From contig DHPR01000035.1 in assembly GCA_002410925.1 (NCBI GenBank), positions 1 through 59,789 on the forward strand: DNA of 59,789 nt, in the 5' to 3' direction. A program made the translations under genes and the position numbers. The stretch's first letter is position 1. Every line of letters starts with the position of its first letter. Below the pieces are notes generated by a model, which saw nothing but the letters and a program-made list of their open reading frames with translations, searched no databases and was not told the DNA's origin. Source of the stretch: a bacterium UBP13_UBA5359 (GTDB taxonomy: Bacteria; UBP13; UBA5359). Shown one piece after another: positions 8,944-18,932 of the stretch.

Positions 8944-10260
8944 ATGAGTACATCCGTTGAAAATAGAGTTGAAGTGCAAACCGAAACACGTAAAAATTAT
9001 CAGGAGATAATCAAGAGCACTATTTTGATCGTCGGCGGCGGTCCGACAGGCGTGGCGGCGGCACTGGCTGCCAGAAGAAACGGAGCCGATGTTCTGCTGG
9101 TGGAGCATTACGGTTTTTTGGGCGGAGCGGCTACAGCGGCCATGGTAAACCCCTTTATGCAGTATCGGGCTGATGGAAAGCCGATAATCGCCGGAATACT
9201 AAAAGAGATAATAGAGGCTATGGCAGCCGAAGGCGGCGTGGTATGGCCTGAAGCGCAGGGCGGAGCGCTGATTTTTGATCCCGAAGCGATGAAGATGGTG
9301 CTGCTGGAGAAGCTGCAGGCGGCCGGGGTAGGCATCATGCTGCATACTACGGCTGTGGAAGCATTTGCAAATGACGACGTACTTGGAGGCATAGTAGTAC
9401 ATAATAAATCCGGGCGCCAGACCATTCTGGCGCAGGTAACGGTGGATGCCACCGGAGATGCCGATGTCGCCTGGCTGGCAGGTGCGCCCACGGAAAAAGG
9501 GCGAGAGGAAGACGGCCTGATGCAGCCGGTCACTCTTAACTTCCGCATGGCCGGAATAGATGAAGAGCGTATGCCTTCACGGAAAGAGATAAACAGGCTA
9601 TATGATCTGGCCAAAGAGCGTGGGGAGATTAACAATCCCAGGGAAAATGTTCTCTGGTTTAAAACCACTCGCCCCGGAGAGCTGCATTTTAATACTACCA
9701 GAGTAGCCGGCATAGATGGCACCAGTTTTATGGATCTCACTCGGGCCGAGCTGGAATCCAGGCGTCAAACAAAGGAAATGGTTGCTTTTCTGCGCCGCCA
9801 TGTGGCAGGCTTTGAGAATGCCTATCTTCTGGCAACGGCTCCGCAGATAGGAATAAGGGAGACCAGGCGTATTACCGGTGAGTATATCATGACTGAAGAG
9901 GATGTGCTGGAAGGCCGGCAGTTTCCGGATGTAATAGCACAGGGCTCTTATTGTATAGATATCCATAATCCGGCCGGCACGGGCACGGTAATAAAAGAGT
10001 TACCGCCCGGTGCACACTACGATATACCTTACAGATGCCTGGTGCCGCTGAAAATCGACAATCTTCTGGTGGCTGGAAGACCGATCTCCACCACTCATGC
10101 TGCGCATTCTTCCACCAGGATCATGCCGATATGTCTGGCTACCGGACAGGCGGCAGGAACGGCTGCCGCCATGGCGGCGCATCTCAACAAGATGCCCAGA
10201 GAGATAAATATAGCCGCTCTGCAACAATTACTGCGTCAGCAGGGGGTACTGTTGGATTGA
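8944..10260 (+). CDS. FAD-dependent oxidoreductase (FAD_oxidored family)
   Basis: IVGGGPTGVAAA, VDATGDAD, GIRETRRI, YDIPYRCL, LLVAGR, GQAAGTAAA; ATG at 8944 has an AGGGAG RBS. Confidence 0.9.
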   Translation: MSTSVENRVEVQTETRKNYQEIIKSTILIVGGGPTGVAAALAARRNGADVLLVEHYGFLGGAATAAMVNPFMQYRADGKPIIAGILKEIIEAMAAEGGVVWPEAQGGALIFDPEAMKMVLLEKLQAAGVGIMLHTTAVEAFANDDVLGGIVVHNKSGRQTILAQVTVDATGDADVAWLAGAPTEKGREEDGLMQPVTLNFRMAGIDEERMPSRKEINRLYDLAKERGEINNPRENVLWFKTTRPGELHFNTTRVAGIDGTSFMDLTRAELESRRQTKEMVAFLRRHVAGFENAYLLATAPQIGIRETRRITGEYIMTEEDVLEGRQFPDVIAQGSYCIDIHNPAGTGTVIKELPPGAHYDIPYRCLVPLKIDNLLVAGRPISTTHAAHSSTRIMPICLATGQAAGTAAAMAAHLNKMPREINIAALQQLLRQQGVLLD

Positions 10261-10283
10261 ATGATTGGGCATTGAAGAGCGTT

Positions 10284-10316
10284 TGTTTGGGATTTGAGTC
10301 CGTTTGCAAGTTGAGG
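10284..10316 (+). repeat. 33-bp intergenic motif, copy 2
   Basis: TGTTTGGGATTTGAGTCCGTTTGCAAGTTGAGG; 28/33 identical to 6523-6555. Confidence 0.7.
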
Positions 10317-10390
10317 TTGGTTGTTCGGGATTGGGGTGCGCTTGGAAGTTTAGGCACTATGCTTGAAAAGTATATCGGGAGGAGATAATA

Positions 10391-11665
10391 ATGCCTTTAG
10401 CGATGGATAACACAATAGCTTACCGTCCGCAAGCGCCGAAAGCTATAGAAGAAACAGGACTTTCGGCTGATTTTATCAGCGATCTGATTCTAAAGACGCT
10501 TTTTTATAGAGGAACGCTTAATGGCGGCGCTATTGCTTCTGAATTGAAACTGCCGTATGTCGCCGTTATACAGGCTATTCTACGTAATTTGCGAGAGAGT
10601 ACATTTGTGGAAGTGCGCCGTGGAAGTACTTTTCAAGATATAAGCTGGGATAACTCTCTGACAGAGCGAGGCCGGCAGAGGGTGGCTGAAGTTCTTGGTA
10701 GAGATATGTATCTTGGTCCTGCTCCGGTACCGCTTGACCAATATCTGGAGGTAACCTCCAAGCAGCGTTTTGAAACCCAGCAGATAAATGAAGCTATGGT
10801 GAGAGAGGCGCTGTCGGATCTGGTGATCAACGACCATACCATATCGCAGCTGGGCCCGGCCATGAACTCCGGACGCTCTATCTTCCTTTTTGGCGCTGCC
10901 GGAAACGGCAAGACCATTGTAGCCGAGCGTCTTAGCCGCACCATAGCCGGCGGAGTTATGGTTCCTTATGCCGTGGAGGCAGATAATCAAGTTATTAAGG
11001 TTTTTGATCCTCTGCAGCACAAAGCCATAGAGCAGGAAGAGAATTTCGCCAATGATAACCGCTGGGTAGCTTGCCGTCGTCCATTTATAGTAGTGGGCGG
11101 CGAGTTGACCATGGAGAATCTGGATTTGATGTATGATAGCCATCTGAAGTATTATACGGCACCCTTCCAGCTTAAAGCCAATGCCGGAATGCTGCTTATA
11201 GATGACTTTGGACGACAGAGGGTTTCACCGCAAGATCTGCTGAACCGCTGGATAGTGCCTTTGGAAAAGGGAATAGATTTTTATACTTTGATAACCGGCA
11301 AGCAGGTAGTGGTTCCGTTCGACCTGCTTATCGTTTATTCTACCAACCTTGATCCCAAGGACCTGGTTGATGAGGCCTTCTTACGTCGCATACGCTACAA
11401 GATAGAGATAGGCGATCCCAGCGAGGAGGAGTTCAGAGAGATATTTAGGCGGGTATGTGAGGCAAAATCCATACCTTTACGCCGGGAGATGCTCGATTAT
11501 CTTATTCGGCATCATTTCCGGGAGGCCGGCAGGCCGATGAGGGCAGTGCATCCCCGTGATATCCTTGAGCAGTTAATAGACCTGGCTCATTATCTGAACG
11601 AACCTCCGGAGATGACGGAGGAACTGCTGGACCATGCCTGTGCTACATATTTTACTAAATTGTAA
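10391..11665 (+). CDS. AAA+ family ATPase of unknown function (N-terminal wHTH-like region)
   Basis: Walker A GAAGNGKT, Walker B LLIDDFGRQ, sensor STNL, arginine finger DEAFLRRIRYK. Confidence 0.88.
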   Translation: MPLAMDNTIAYRPQAPKAIEETGLSADFISDLILKTLFYRGTLNGGAIASELKLPYVAVIQAILRNLRESTFVEVRRGSTFQDISWDNSLTERGRQRVAEVLGRDMYLGPAPVPLDQYLEVTSKQRFETQQINEAMVREALSDLVINDHTISQLGPAMNSGRSIFLFGAAGNGKTIVAERLSRTIAGGVMVPYAVEADNQVIKVFDPLQHKAIEQEENFANDNRWVACRRPFIVVGGELTMENLDLMYDSHLKYYTAPFQLKANAGMLLIDDFGRQRVSPQDLLNRWIVPLEKGIDFYTLITGKQVVVPFDLLIVYSTNLDPKDLVDEAFLRRIRYKIEIGDPSEEEFREIFRRVCEAKSIPLRREMLDYLIRHHFREAGRPMRAVHPRDILEQLIDLAHYLNEPPEMTEELLDHACATYFTKL

Positions 11666-11786
11666 TGGACAACAGCCTTTGCCGGAAAAGCCTGTTGCAA
11701 AGCCTCTTTATCTTTAGCATTATCATTGTTGTTGGAGAATGCTATTCTTTTCGCACTAGATAGTCGTTAACAGGGAGAGATATAGA

Positions 11787-12623
11787 ATGCCCGAATTACC
11801 CGAAGTGGAAACGATAGTCAGGGGATTGCGTGCCTGTGTTATAGGTAGAAGTGTGACCGGTGTGCAGGTTCTCAGGCAGGATGTTATTCGCGGCTATACA
11901 CCGGAGTTTGAGGAGGCTCTTATCGGCCACAAAGTGGAAGAGGTATTGCGGCGAGGGAAGAATATCATTATTAAGCTGGATGGCGGGCTGGCAATGGTGG
12001 TGCATCTTAAGATGACCGGTCAATTTACCTGCAATCGCCCGGAGGAAGAGATACTCAAGCATACACATCTTCTGATCAACCTCAGTGACGGCGGGCAATT
12101 GCGCTTCAGGGACGTTCGTCGTTTCGGTTATGTTATCCTGGTCAAACTGGATCTATTGACCGAATTGCCGCAACTGGCTGCTATGGGACCAGAGCCTTTG
12201 GAAATAACCTTTGAGGACTTTGCTTGCCGTTTTCGAGGCAGACGGCAATGCATCAAAGCGATGTTGCTCAATCAGAGGGTCGTGGCCGGGCTGGGTAATA
12301 TTTATGCTGACGAGGCTCTGCACAGGGCAGGCATACATCCTGAAACACCGGCTGATCAGCTTAGCGAGCATAACCTGCGCCACCTCTTTGAAGCCGTACG
12401 AGAGGTCCTGTCCGAAGCCATTGCCAGGCGCGGTTCTTCGATAGAGAACTACGTGGATGCAGGTGGCGCGGCAGGCACTTTTCAACTCTACCATCGTGTT
12501 TACCGCAAGCGGGGACAGCCCTGTCCTCTTTGCGGCACTCCTATAGAACGCATTACTGTAGGCGGGCGAGGAACGCATTTCTGTCCTAAATGCCAGAAGA
12601 GATCTGCCGGTTTGCAGAGGTGA
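11787..12623 (+). CDS. mutM: formamidopyrimidine-DNA glycosylase
   Basis: MPELPEVE N-terminus, HLKMTG, GLGNIYADE, C-terminal CPLC...CPKCQ zinc finger. Confidence 0.98.
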   Translation: MPELPEVETIVRGLRACVIGRSVTGVQVLRQDVIRGYTPEFEEALIGHKVEEVLRRGKNIIIKLDGGLAMVVHLKMTGQFTCNRPEEEILKHTHLLINLSDGGQLRFRDVRRFGYVILVKLDLLTELPQLAAMGPEPLEITFEDFACRFRGRRQCIKAMLLNQRVVAGLGNIYADEALHRAGIHPETPADQLSEHNLRHLFEAVREVLSEAIARRGSSIENYVDAGGAAGTFQLYHRVYRKRGQPCPLCGTPIERITVGGRGTHFCPKCQKRSAGLQR

Positions 12624-12991
12624 TATTTGCAGTGCGATAATGAAAGATAATTGCCGAGATTACAGCATAAGGTTTCGTAATCAACGAATCTATTTAATTT
12701 TTATCATCGGTATGATAAAATTATAACTTAAGGCATGCTTTTATACCGCAAAGCCGACCTGGAGAAGAGTTTTACGAAGATTTCTAAAACGGCTCACTAG
12801 AATAGCGGGGCGGCATTTGCTATACAGGTATCTTTTATCTTTTAAATTATCTGAATGTAGAACATACCCGGTTTCAGATTCAGATACCTTATTAGCGGGA
12901 TATAATATAAGCGAAGGTATCTGAAATGGAGGCATAAAGGGGCTTTATTCTCCATCGAGCATTGAATATGAACATAAGTGGAGGGTATAAA

Positions 12992-13582
12992 ATGCAATTA
13001 AGAGATCTGGTAATGGCTAACAGAAGTTACAGGCGTTTCAAAGAGGAGAAGGCCGTTGGCTGCGATACGCTTAAGGAATTAGTAGATCTGGGGCGGCTAT
13101 CGGCCTCCGGAAGCAATATTCAGCCGCTGAAATATATCATCTCCGCCGACCGGGAGAAAAACTCTCGTATCTTTTCTCATCTGGCTTGGGCCGGCTATCT
13201 CAAGAATTGGCCTGGACCGGCTGAGGGAGAGAGACCGGCAGGCTACATAATTATCCTTTGCGATACCGATATTGCTAAATCACCCGGTTGCGATCATGGT
13301 ATTGCCGCTCAAAGCATCATGTTGGGAGCAGTTGAAAAGGGTCTGGGCGGTTGCATAATAGGCTCCGTTAACAGAGAGGAGTTGCGCCGGACTCTGGGTA
13401 TTCCCGGGCGTTATGATATTTTGCTGGTGCTGGCGTTGGGCTATCCGGCTGAAGAGGTAGTGCTGGAAAATGCAAATCAAGACGGAGATATAAAATATTG
13501 GCGTGATAATAAAGGTGTGCATCATGTACCCAAGCGAGGATTAAAGGATGTAATTGTGATGGAAGCTATCGCAGAACGATAG
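12992..13582 (+). CDS. nitroreductase family protein
   Basis: NRSYRRF, SASGSNIQPLKY, LAWAGYL, GIAAQSI, HHVPKR motifs; GGAGGG RBS. Confidence 0.92.
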   Translation: MQLRDLVMANRSYRRFKEEKAVGCDTLKELVDLGRLSASGSNIQPLKYIISADREKNSRIFSHLAWAGYLKNWPGPAEGERPAGYIIILCDTDIAKSPGCDHGIAAQSIMLGAVEKGLGGCIIGSVNREELRRTLGIPGRYDILLVLALGYPAEEVVLENANQDGDIKYWRDNKGVHHVPKRGLKDVIVMEAIAER

Positions 13583-13620
13583 AGAATCTATAAAAATCAA
13601 GGCTTGTGGGAGGAATGATT

Positions 13621-14928
13621 ATGCGTAAAGGAATTGCTCTTTTAGCAGCGGCAATATGTATGGCTCTTATGCTTATCGGCTGCGGAAACAAGGGAGAGCA
13701 GCAGGGCAAGGTGGTTGTTACCATAGCCTGCAGTTATTCACCTACCGATGTAGGTTGCCAGATCATCGACAAATCCATTGATGAATTTATGAAGCAAAAT
13801 CCCGATATCCAGGTGAAGAAAATATGGTTCGACAGAGATTATCAAACCAAGCTGATGACCATGATAGCCGGAGGGAACCCCCCGGATATCTTCCGGATTG
13901 CCCCTGATAATGTTCCCACCTATGTACAGCGAGGTGTTCTGGAGCCGTTGGACGAGTATATTGCCAAAAGCAATGCCTTGAAGCTGGAAGATTTTTTCCC
14001 TCAGGTGCTGCATAAGTACAAATATGATACGCAGAGCAAAATCGTAGGCAAAGGGCTAACCTACGGCTTTGGGACCGATTGGTCGCCGGATTGCACCCTC
14101 TTTTACAACAAAGACATGTTTGACAAAGCCGGGCTGTCTTATCCCGCCAGGAGCATGAGCTGGGAGGAGTTTCGACAGACGGCGCACAAGCTGACTACAG
14201 GTGAGGGCGGTCAAAAGCGGTTTGGCTGCCTGATAAGCAATCTACCTTTGCTGATAGCACAGAACGGCGGCAGCGTCTTCAGCCCTGACGGCAAGAGATG
14301 CCTGCTGGATAGTCCGCAGGCTATAGAAGCCTTTCAGTACATGGTGGATCTGAGGGTTAAAGACAAAGTCATGCCCTCTCTTAGCGATATGCAGAACTCC
14401 AATCAACTGCAACTCTTCCAGACCGGCAGGCTGGGTATGTTCCTCTCCGGCAGGTTCTATGTGCCCATAGTGCAGGAGCAGGTCAAGGGCTTCAAATGGG
14501 GAGTGGCCCCCGGCTTGTATCAGGAGAAGAGAGTGAATATTGTTACCGGACCTTTCGGCTGGGTGATGAGCGGCAAGGTCAAGCATCCTGAAGCCGCCTG
14601 GAAGCTGATGGAGCATCTGGTGGTGGGAGATTGTGAAAAGGAGCTGGCCAGGGCCGGCTATAATATCCCCGTAATCAAGGAGATAGCTGAATCCGACTTG
14701 TTCCTCACCAATCCCAATCATCCAGCCGGGTTCAACAAGATATTTATGGATGAGGTGCCGTATACCATACCCAGTCCCCTGACGCCGTATGTCCCTACGG
14801 ACCAGTGGCAAAGGGCTATCAGCTCCGAGATGGATCTGGCCTATCTGGGCGAGCAAACGGCACGGCAAGCAGCGATTAACGCTGCCCGAGAGATAAATAA
14901 ATTACTGGTCGAAGGGATGAAAAAGTAG
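13621..14928 (+). CDS. carbohydrate ABC transporter substrate-binding lipoprotein (CUT1-type), orphan
   Basis: Lipobox LIGC, AGGNPPDI, LEPLDEY, LFYNKDMFDKAGL, SWEEF motifs; no permease adjacent. Confidence 0.9.
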   Translation: MRKGIALLAAAICMALMLIGCGNKGEQQGKVVVTIACSYSPTDVGCQIIDKSIDEFMKQNPDIQVKKIWFDRDYQTKLMTMIAGGNPPDIFRIAPDNVPTYVQRGVLEPLDEYIAKSNALKLEDFFPQVLHKYKYDTQSKIVGKGLTYGFGTDWSPDCTLFYNKDMFDKAGLSYPARSMSWEEFRQTAHKLTTGEGGQKRFGCLISNLPLLIAQNGGSVFSPDGKRCLLDSPQAIEAFQYMVDLRVKDKVMPSLSDMQNSNQLQLFQTGRLGMFLSGRFYVPIVQEQVKGFKWGVAPGLYQEKRVNIVTGPFGWVMSGKVKHPEAAWKLMEHLVVGDCEKELARAGYNIPVIKEIAESDLFLTNPNHPAGFNKIFMDEVPYTIPSPLTPYVPTDQWQRAISSEMDLAYLGEQTARQAAINAAREINKLLVEGMKK

Positions 14929-14952
14929 AGAGGCTGTTCGACAGCAGCGCAA

Positions 14953-15013
14953 TGGGGTCAGGTCTTTACATATAACATTTTGCAACGAGAGTTAAATGCC
15001 GAGGCCTGCCCCA
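14953..15013. repeat. degenerate REP/MITE-like inverted repeat
   Basis: TGGGGTCAGGTCT ... AGGCCTGCCCCA imperfect inverted repeat in intergenic space. Confidence 0.45.
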
Positions 15014-15155
15014 ACTTTTATCACGACGGCCTCATCCTATTCGAAATCCAGCAAATTTCCAATATATCCATAATGTAACCTGGACGCAAGGTTGCTTCCT
15101 TGTTGGCGTTCGCCGGCCTACACAAAAAACACTTGAAATCTCCTGAGGCGCTCCC

Positions 15156-15184
15156 TTGAAACCCTGGCCGGCAGCCGTTACAAT
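15156..15184 (+). promoter_or_regulatory. sigma70-type promoter for addBA
   Basis: TTGAAA-17-TACAAT. Confidence 0.6.
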
Positions 15185-15239
15185 GTAAGCATGTGGCTCA
15201 TATGTGTATGGGCCGAGCTTTATTGCATTGGAGCGGTAC

Positions 15240-18200
15240 ATGAGCCTGCGCTTTATCCTGGGGCGAGCCGGATACGGCAAGACAAGGTATATATACGAGA
15301 GCATCGGATCGGAATTGTTCAGCGGCAACGATGGCCCGGCGATTCTGGTCTTGGTTCCGGAGCAGGCGGCTTTCCGGACGGAGCGGGAGATTCTGTCCGG
15401 AAGCGGCCTGGCAGGCAGCTTCCGGTTGCGCGTTATGGGTTTCAGCCGTCTGGCAGCAGAGGTGCTGAAGAGTGTTGGGGGCGCGTCAGGGCTCTTGATA
15501 GATGAGCAGGGCAAGCGCATGCTGCTGCGCGACAGATTATCACGGCGTTGCTCCGAGCTGGAGATTTTCAAGCATGCCGATTCCGGCACTGTTGATCGGC
15601 TGGCGGCAACTATCACTGAACTTCACCGCTATCGCATAACATCAAAAGATCTTGTCGAACACTGTGAGACTCTTTCCTTTGAAGAAAAAGGCGGCTGTCG
15701 CCAGGCATTGCTGTCAAAGCTGCAGGAGATAACCTTGATCTACGGCGACTTTGAGGAATGCCTGCGGCAGAGCCGTTACATGGATCCGGATGATGCTCTA
15801 GATCTAGCTGCCGCTGCTATCGGCCGCTGGCATATCGCCAAGGGTGCCTTCGTATATATAGATGGCTTCACCGGTTTTACTCCTCAGGAACTGGCTATGA
15901 TCGAGGCGCTGTTGGAAAAAGTATCTAAAATGAACATCGCCCTTTCTCTCCCTCTTGATCTGGCCGGTCGCGAGCCTGAAAAAGGCGGCATATTTTCAGA
16001 TATCCTGGAAACATATAACGCTCTTAAGGGCATAGCCGATAAGCCGGAGATACTCATAGAAACCCCCGTAATGCTGCAGCCAGCTGCTCCGTTGCGTTTC
16101 TCCAAAGCTGCACTTATCCACCTGGAGCGGTTCTATCCCGGATATAATCGTACTCCCTTTCAAGGTATGCCGAAAGGTCTTCATCTACGCGCCGCTGCCA
16201 ATCCCAGGGCCGAAGTGGAATGGACGGCCAGGGAGATAATCAGGCTTTGCCGGGACCAGGGCTATCGCTGGCGAGATTGCGCCGTGATAGCACGCAATTT
16301 GGAGGATTATGCCGATCTTATCCGAGCCGTTTTTGACGAGGCCGGCATCCCCTGCTTTATTGATCGCCGTCATCCGGTGAATCACCATCCGCTGGTAGGG
16401 TTGTTGCGATCTGCAGTGGAACTCCAGATCACGGATTGGTCTTACGAAGCTGTTTTTTCCTGTCTGAAGACGGATATCTTCCCCCTGGACAGGGATGATT
16501 GCGACTTGCTGGAGAACTATGTTCTGGCGCATGGTATCAGAGGAGGTCGCAGCTGGCTGGATATGCCGCCCTGGGCCTATCGGGCGGAGCTGCTGCGGGA
16601 GGAAGAACTCTCTGATACAGGAGCCGGAAGCCGGGAGCCTGAGCAGAGTGCGCACGGGAATCCCGAAACCAACGATCAACAAAGCAACAACATACCCGGG
16701 GAGCATACCGAAAGATTACTTGATCGTGTTAACCAAGCTCGTGATATAGTAACGGATAATTTGCGAAAGTTTTGCTCCGACTTTACCGGAGGTCTTACTG
16801 TTCGCCGTGCCTGTTTGGCAGTTTATGATCTGTTGGAACGGCTCCAGGTACGTGACATACTGGAACGGTGGTATCTGGAAGCTATGGAGTCCGGCCGTAT
16901 CGAGGAAGCGGAGGAGCATGCCGGGGTCTGGGACAAGATCATAAGGCTGCTGGACCAGATGATGGAATTTTTGAACGAGACGGAAATAAGTCCGCGCGCC
17001 TTTTTGGAATTGCTGGAGGCTGCTTTGCAAAGTGTGGATCTGGGCCTGATACCTCCGGGGATGGATGCAGCCGTAGCCGGGTCCATAGATAGAGCCCGTT
17101 TTCCGCATATCAAGGCGGCCTTTGTTATCGGGTTGAATGACGGTTCCTTCCCGGCTCTGCCCGGGGAGGATATGATCTTCAGCGATACCGATCGCCGGCT
17201 CTTGAAAGAGGGCGGATTGAAATTGGCGCCATCCAGCCGGGAGCAATTGCTGCGAGAGAGATATTTTGCCTATATGGCTCTGACCAGAGCCTCAGAGTAT
17301 CTCAGTCTCAGTTACTCTCTGGCGGATGCCGAAGGACGGTCAAGATCACTATCCTCGGTGGTGACGCATATCAAGGAACTCTTTCCCTCTCTGAGAACAG
17401 AGGATTGGCCCATCGAACCTGGAGAAAGCCAGGCCGATGAGTCGGCCGAAGATTTTATTACCGGTCGTGAAGAAGCTCTCTTCTACCTGATAAGCCGGTT
17501 AGAGACTATGCGCTCTCGCTGGAAGGAATCCGGGCAAAAGGATTCCGGGGAGTTAAAGCCGCAGGGTCTCTGGATAGACCTTTATCGACTGCTGCTGAAT
17601 GCTCCCGGCTGCGGCCGGGAAAGAAAATTGCTTCAGTCTTTGAACCATACCAACCGGGCGCAGCCGCTCTCTGAGAGCGTCATGGCAGAGATGGTCGGTC
17701 CGGTGCTGCATGGCAGCGTATCATCATTGGAGCGTTTTACCGCCTGTCCTTTCTCATATTATGCTTCGCATTTATTGGGCTTGAAGGAGCGCAGCATTTT
17801 CAAAATGGAGGCTGTTCATGCCGGTGTTTTCAAACATGCCGCCATGCGTGATTTTGTTTTGGCTTTACAGGAGAGCGGCCTTGATTGGGGCAAGCTGGAA
17901 CCGGAGGAGGCGGCCGAGATCATGGGCCGTATCTGCAAAGAGCTTATTCCGCGTTTGCAAAACGAGATACTTCTCAGCAGTAATAAATATCGCTATCTGG
18001 CGGATACTCTGACAGCGGAAATGCAGCGAATAGCTGTTATTTATACTGAAGCAGCCCAGCAGACGGCTTATCGCCCTGTAGGTGTGGAGCTGGGATTCGG
18101 CCATGGGCAAACACTGCCGCCGTTGAGCATCAGGCTGAGCGAGGAGCGGCGCTTGGAACTGGAAGGGCGCATAGATCGTGTGGACGCTGCACCGTCCGGC

Positions 18201-18872
18201 GAATGGAGGATTATAGATTACAAGGGAAGCAGGCGTCTCAGACTGGATCCTGCAGATGTAATGTACGGATTATCGTTACAGCTTACAGCTTATGCCGCCC
18301 TGCTTCAAGAGTATGGCCGCCGACTGCACTCTTCCTTATCAGTAATCGGCGGGCTCTTCTACGCTCCGTTACATGATCCACCTCTGAGGGTTGACGGCCC
18401 TCGGAATGAGGAAAGCGTAGCTCATGAGTATCGCAAGAGATTGAAGATGGATGGTCTTTTTTCAGAAGATACCATACATATTTTGGATGGAAAACTGGCT
18501 GCCGGCCAGGAATCACTGCTGGTTAACCTATCGCTGAAAAAGGATGGCAATCCGGTTGCTCGTTGCGGAGCGGTGAGCGTTGATCGCTTGCATTTATTGG
18601 CGGATTATACTCGTATTTCCCTGGCTGAAATCGGCAGTCAGGTGCTGCAGGGGCAGCCTGAGATTGCTCCTTTCCGTCGCGGCAACAGCACTGCCTGCAC
18701 ATATTGTGAATTCAAACCGATATGCGCCTTTGACTCCTCTTTGCCGGATAACAATTGGCGTCGGCTAGAGAGAGCATTTCGAGAGCAGGCTTTCAATGCT
18801 ATGGCAGATAGAATATATAGGAAACAGGGCAGGAAGCAGGAGACAAGAGTTCGGATCGGTTATTCAGCATAG
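15240..18872 (+). CDS. addB: ATP-dependent helicase/nuclease subunit B
   Basis: LRFILGRAGYGKT, LVPEQ, IDGFTGFTPQE, SVSSLERFTACPF, GRIDRVD/IIDYK nuclease, CTYCEFKPIC Fe-S cysteines. Confidence 0.95.
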   Translation: MSLRFILGRAGYGKTRYIYESIGSELFSGNDGPAILVLVPEQAAFRTEREILSGSGLAGSFRLRVMGFSRLAAEVLKSVGGASGLLIDEQGKRMLLRDRLSRRCSELEIFKHADSGTVDRLAATITELHRYRITSKDLVEHCETLSFEEKGGCRQALLSKLQEITLIYGDFEECLRQSRYMDPDDALDLAAAAIGRWHIAKGAFVYIDGFTGFTPQELAMIEALLEKVSKMNIALSLPLDLAGREPEKGGIFSDILETYNALKGIADKPEILIETPVMLQPAAPLRFSKAALIHLERFYPGYNRTPFQGMPKGLHLRAAANPRAEVEWTAREIIRLCRDQGYRWRDCAVIARNLEDYADLIRAVFDEAGIPCFIDRRHPVNHHPLVGLLRSAVELQITDWSYEAVFSCLKTDIFPLDRDDCDLLENYVLAHGIRGGRSWLDMPPWAYRAELLREEELSDTGAGSREPEQSAHGNPETNDQQSNNIPGEHTERLLDRVNQARDIVTDNLRKFCSDFTGGLTVRRACLAVYDLLERLQVRDILERWYLEAMESGRIEEAEEHAGVWDKIIRLLDQMMEFLNETEISPRAFLELLEAALQSVDLGLIPPGMDAAVAGSIDRARFPHIKAAFVIGLNDGSFPALPGEDMIFSDTDRRLLKEGGLKLAPSSREQLLRERYFAYMALTRASEYLSLSYSLADAEGRSRSLSSVVTHIKELFPSLRTEDWPIEPGESQADESAEDFITGREEALFYLISRLETMRSRWKESGQKDSGELKPQGLWIDLYRLLLNAPGCGRERKLLQSLNHTNRAQPLSESVMAEMVGPVLHGSVSSLERFTACPFSYYASHLLGLKERSIFKMEAVHAGVFKHAAMRDFVLALQESGLDWGKLEPEEAAEIMGRICKELIPRLQNEILLSSNKYRYLADTLTAEMQRIAVIYTEAAQQTAYRPVGVELGFGHGQTLPPLSIRLSEERRLELEGRIDRVDAAPSGEWRIIDYKGSRRLRLDPADVMYGLSLQLTAYAALLQEYGRRLHSSLSVIGGLFYAPLHDPPLRVDGPRNEESVAHEYRKRLKMDGLFSEDTIHILDGKLAAGQESLLVNLSLKKDGNPVARCGAVSVDRLHLLADYTRISLAEIGSQVLQGQPEIAPFRRGNSTACTYCEFKPICAFDSSLPDNNWRRLERAFREQAFNAMADRIYRKQGRKQETRVRIGYSA

Positions 18873-18932
18873 AAGTGCGTTTAGATACCCCGGTCTGTTT
18901 GCATGGCAATCGCCGGGCAATAGGGGATAAGC

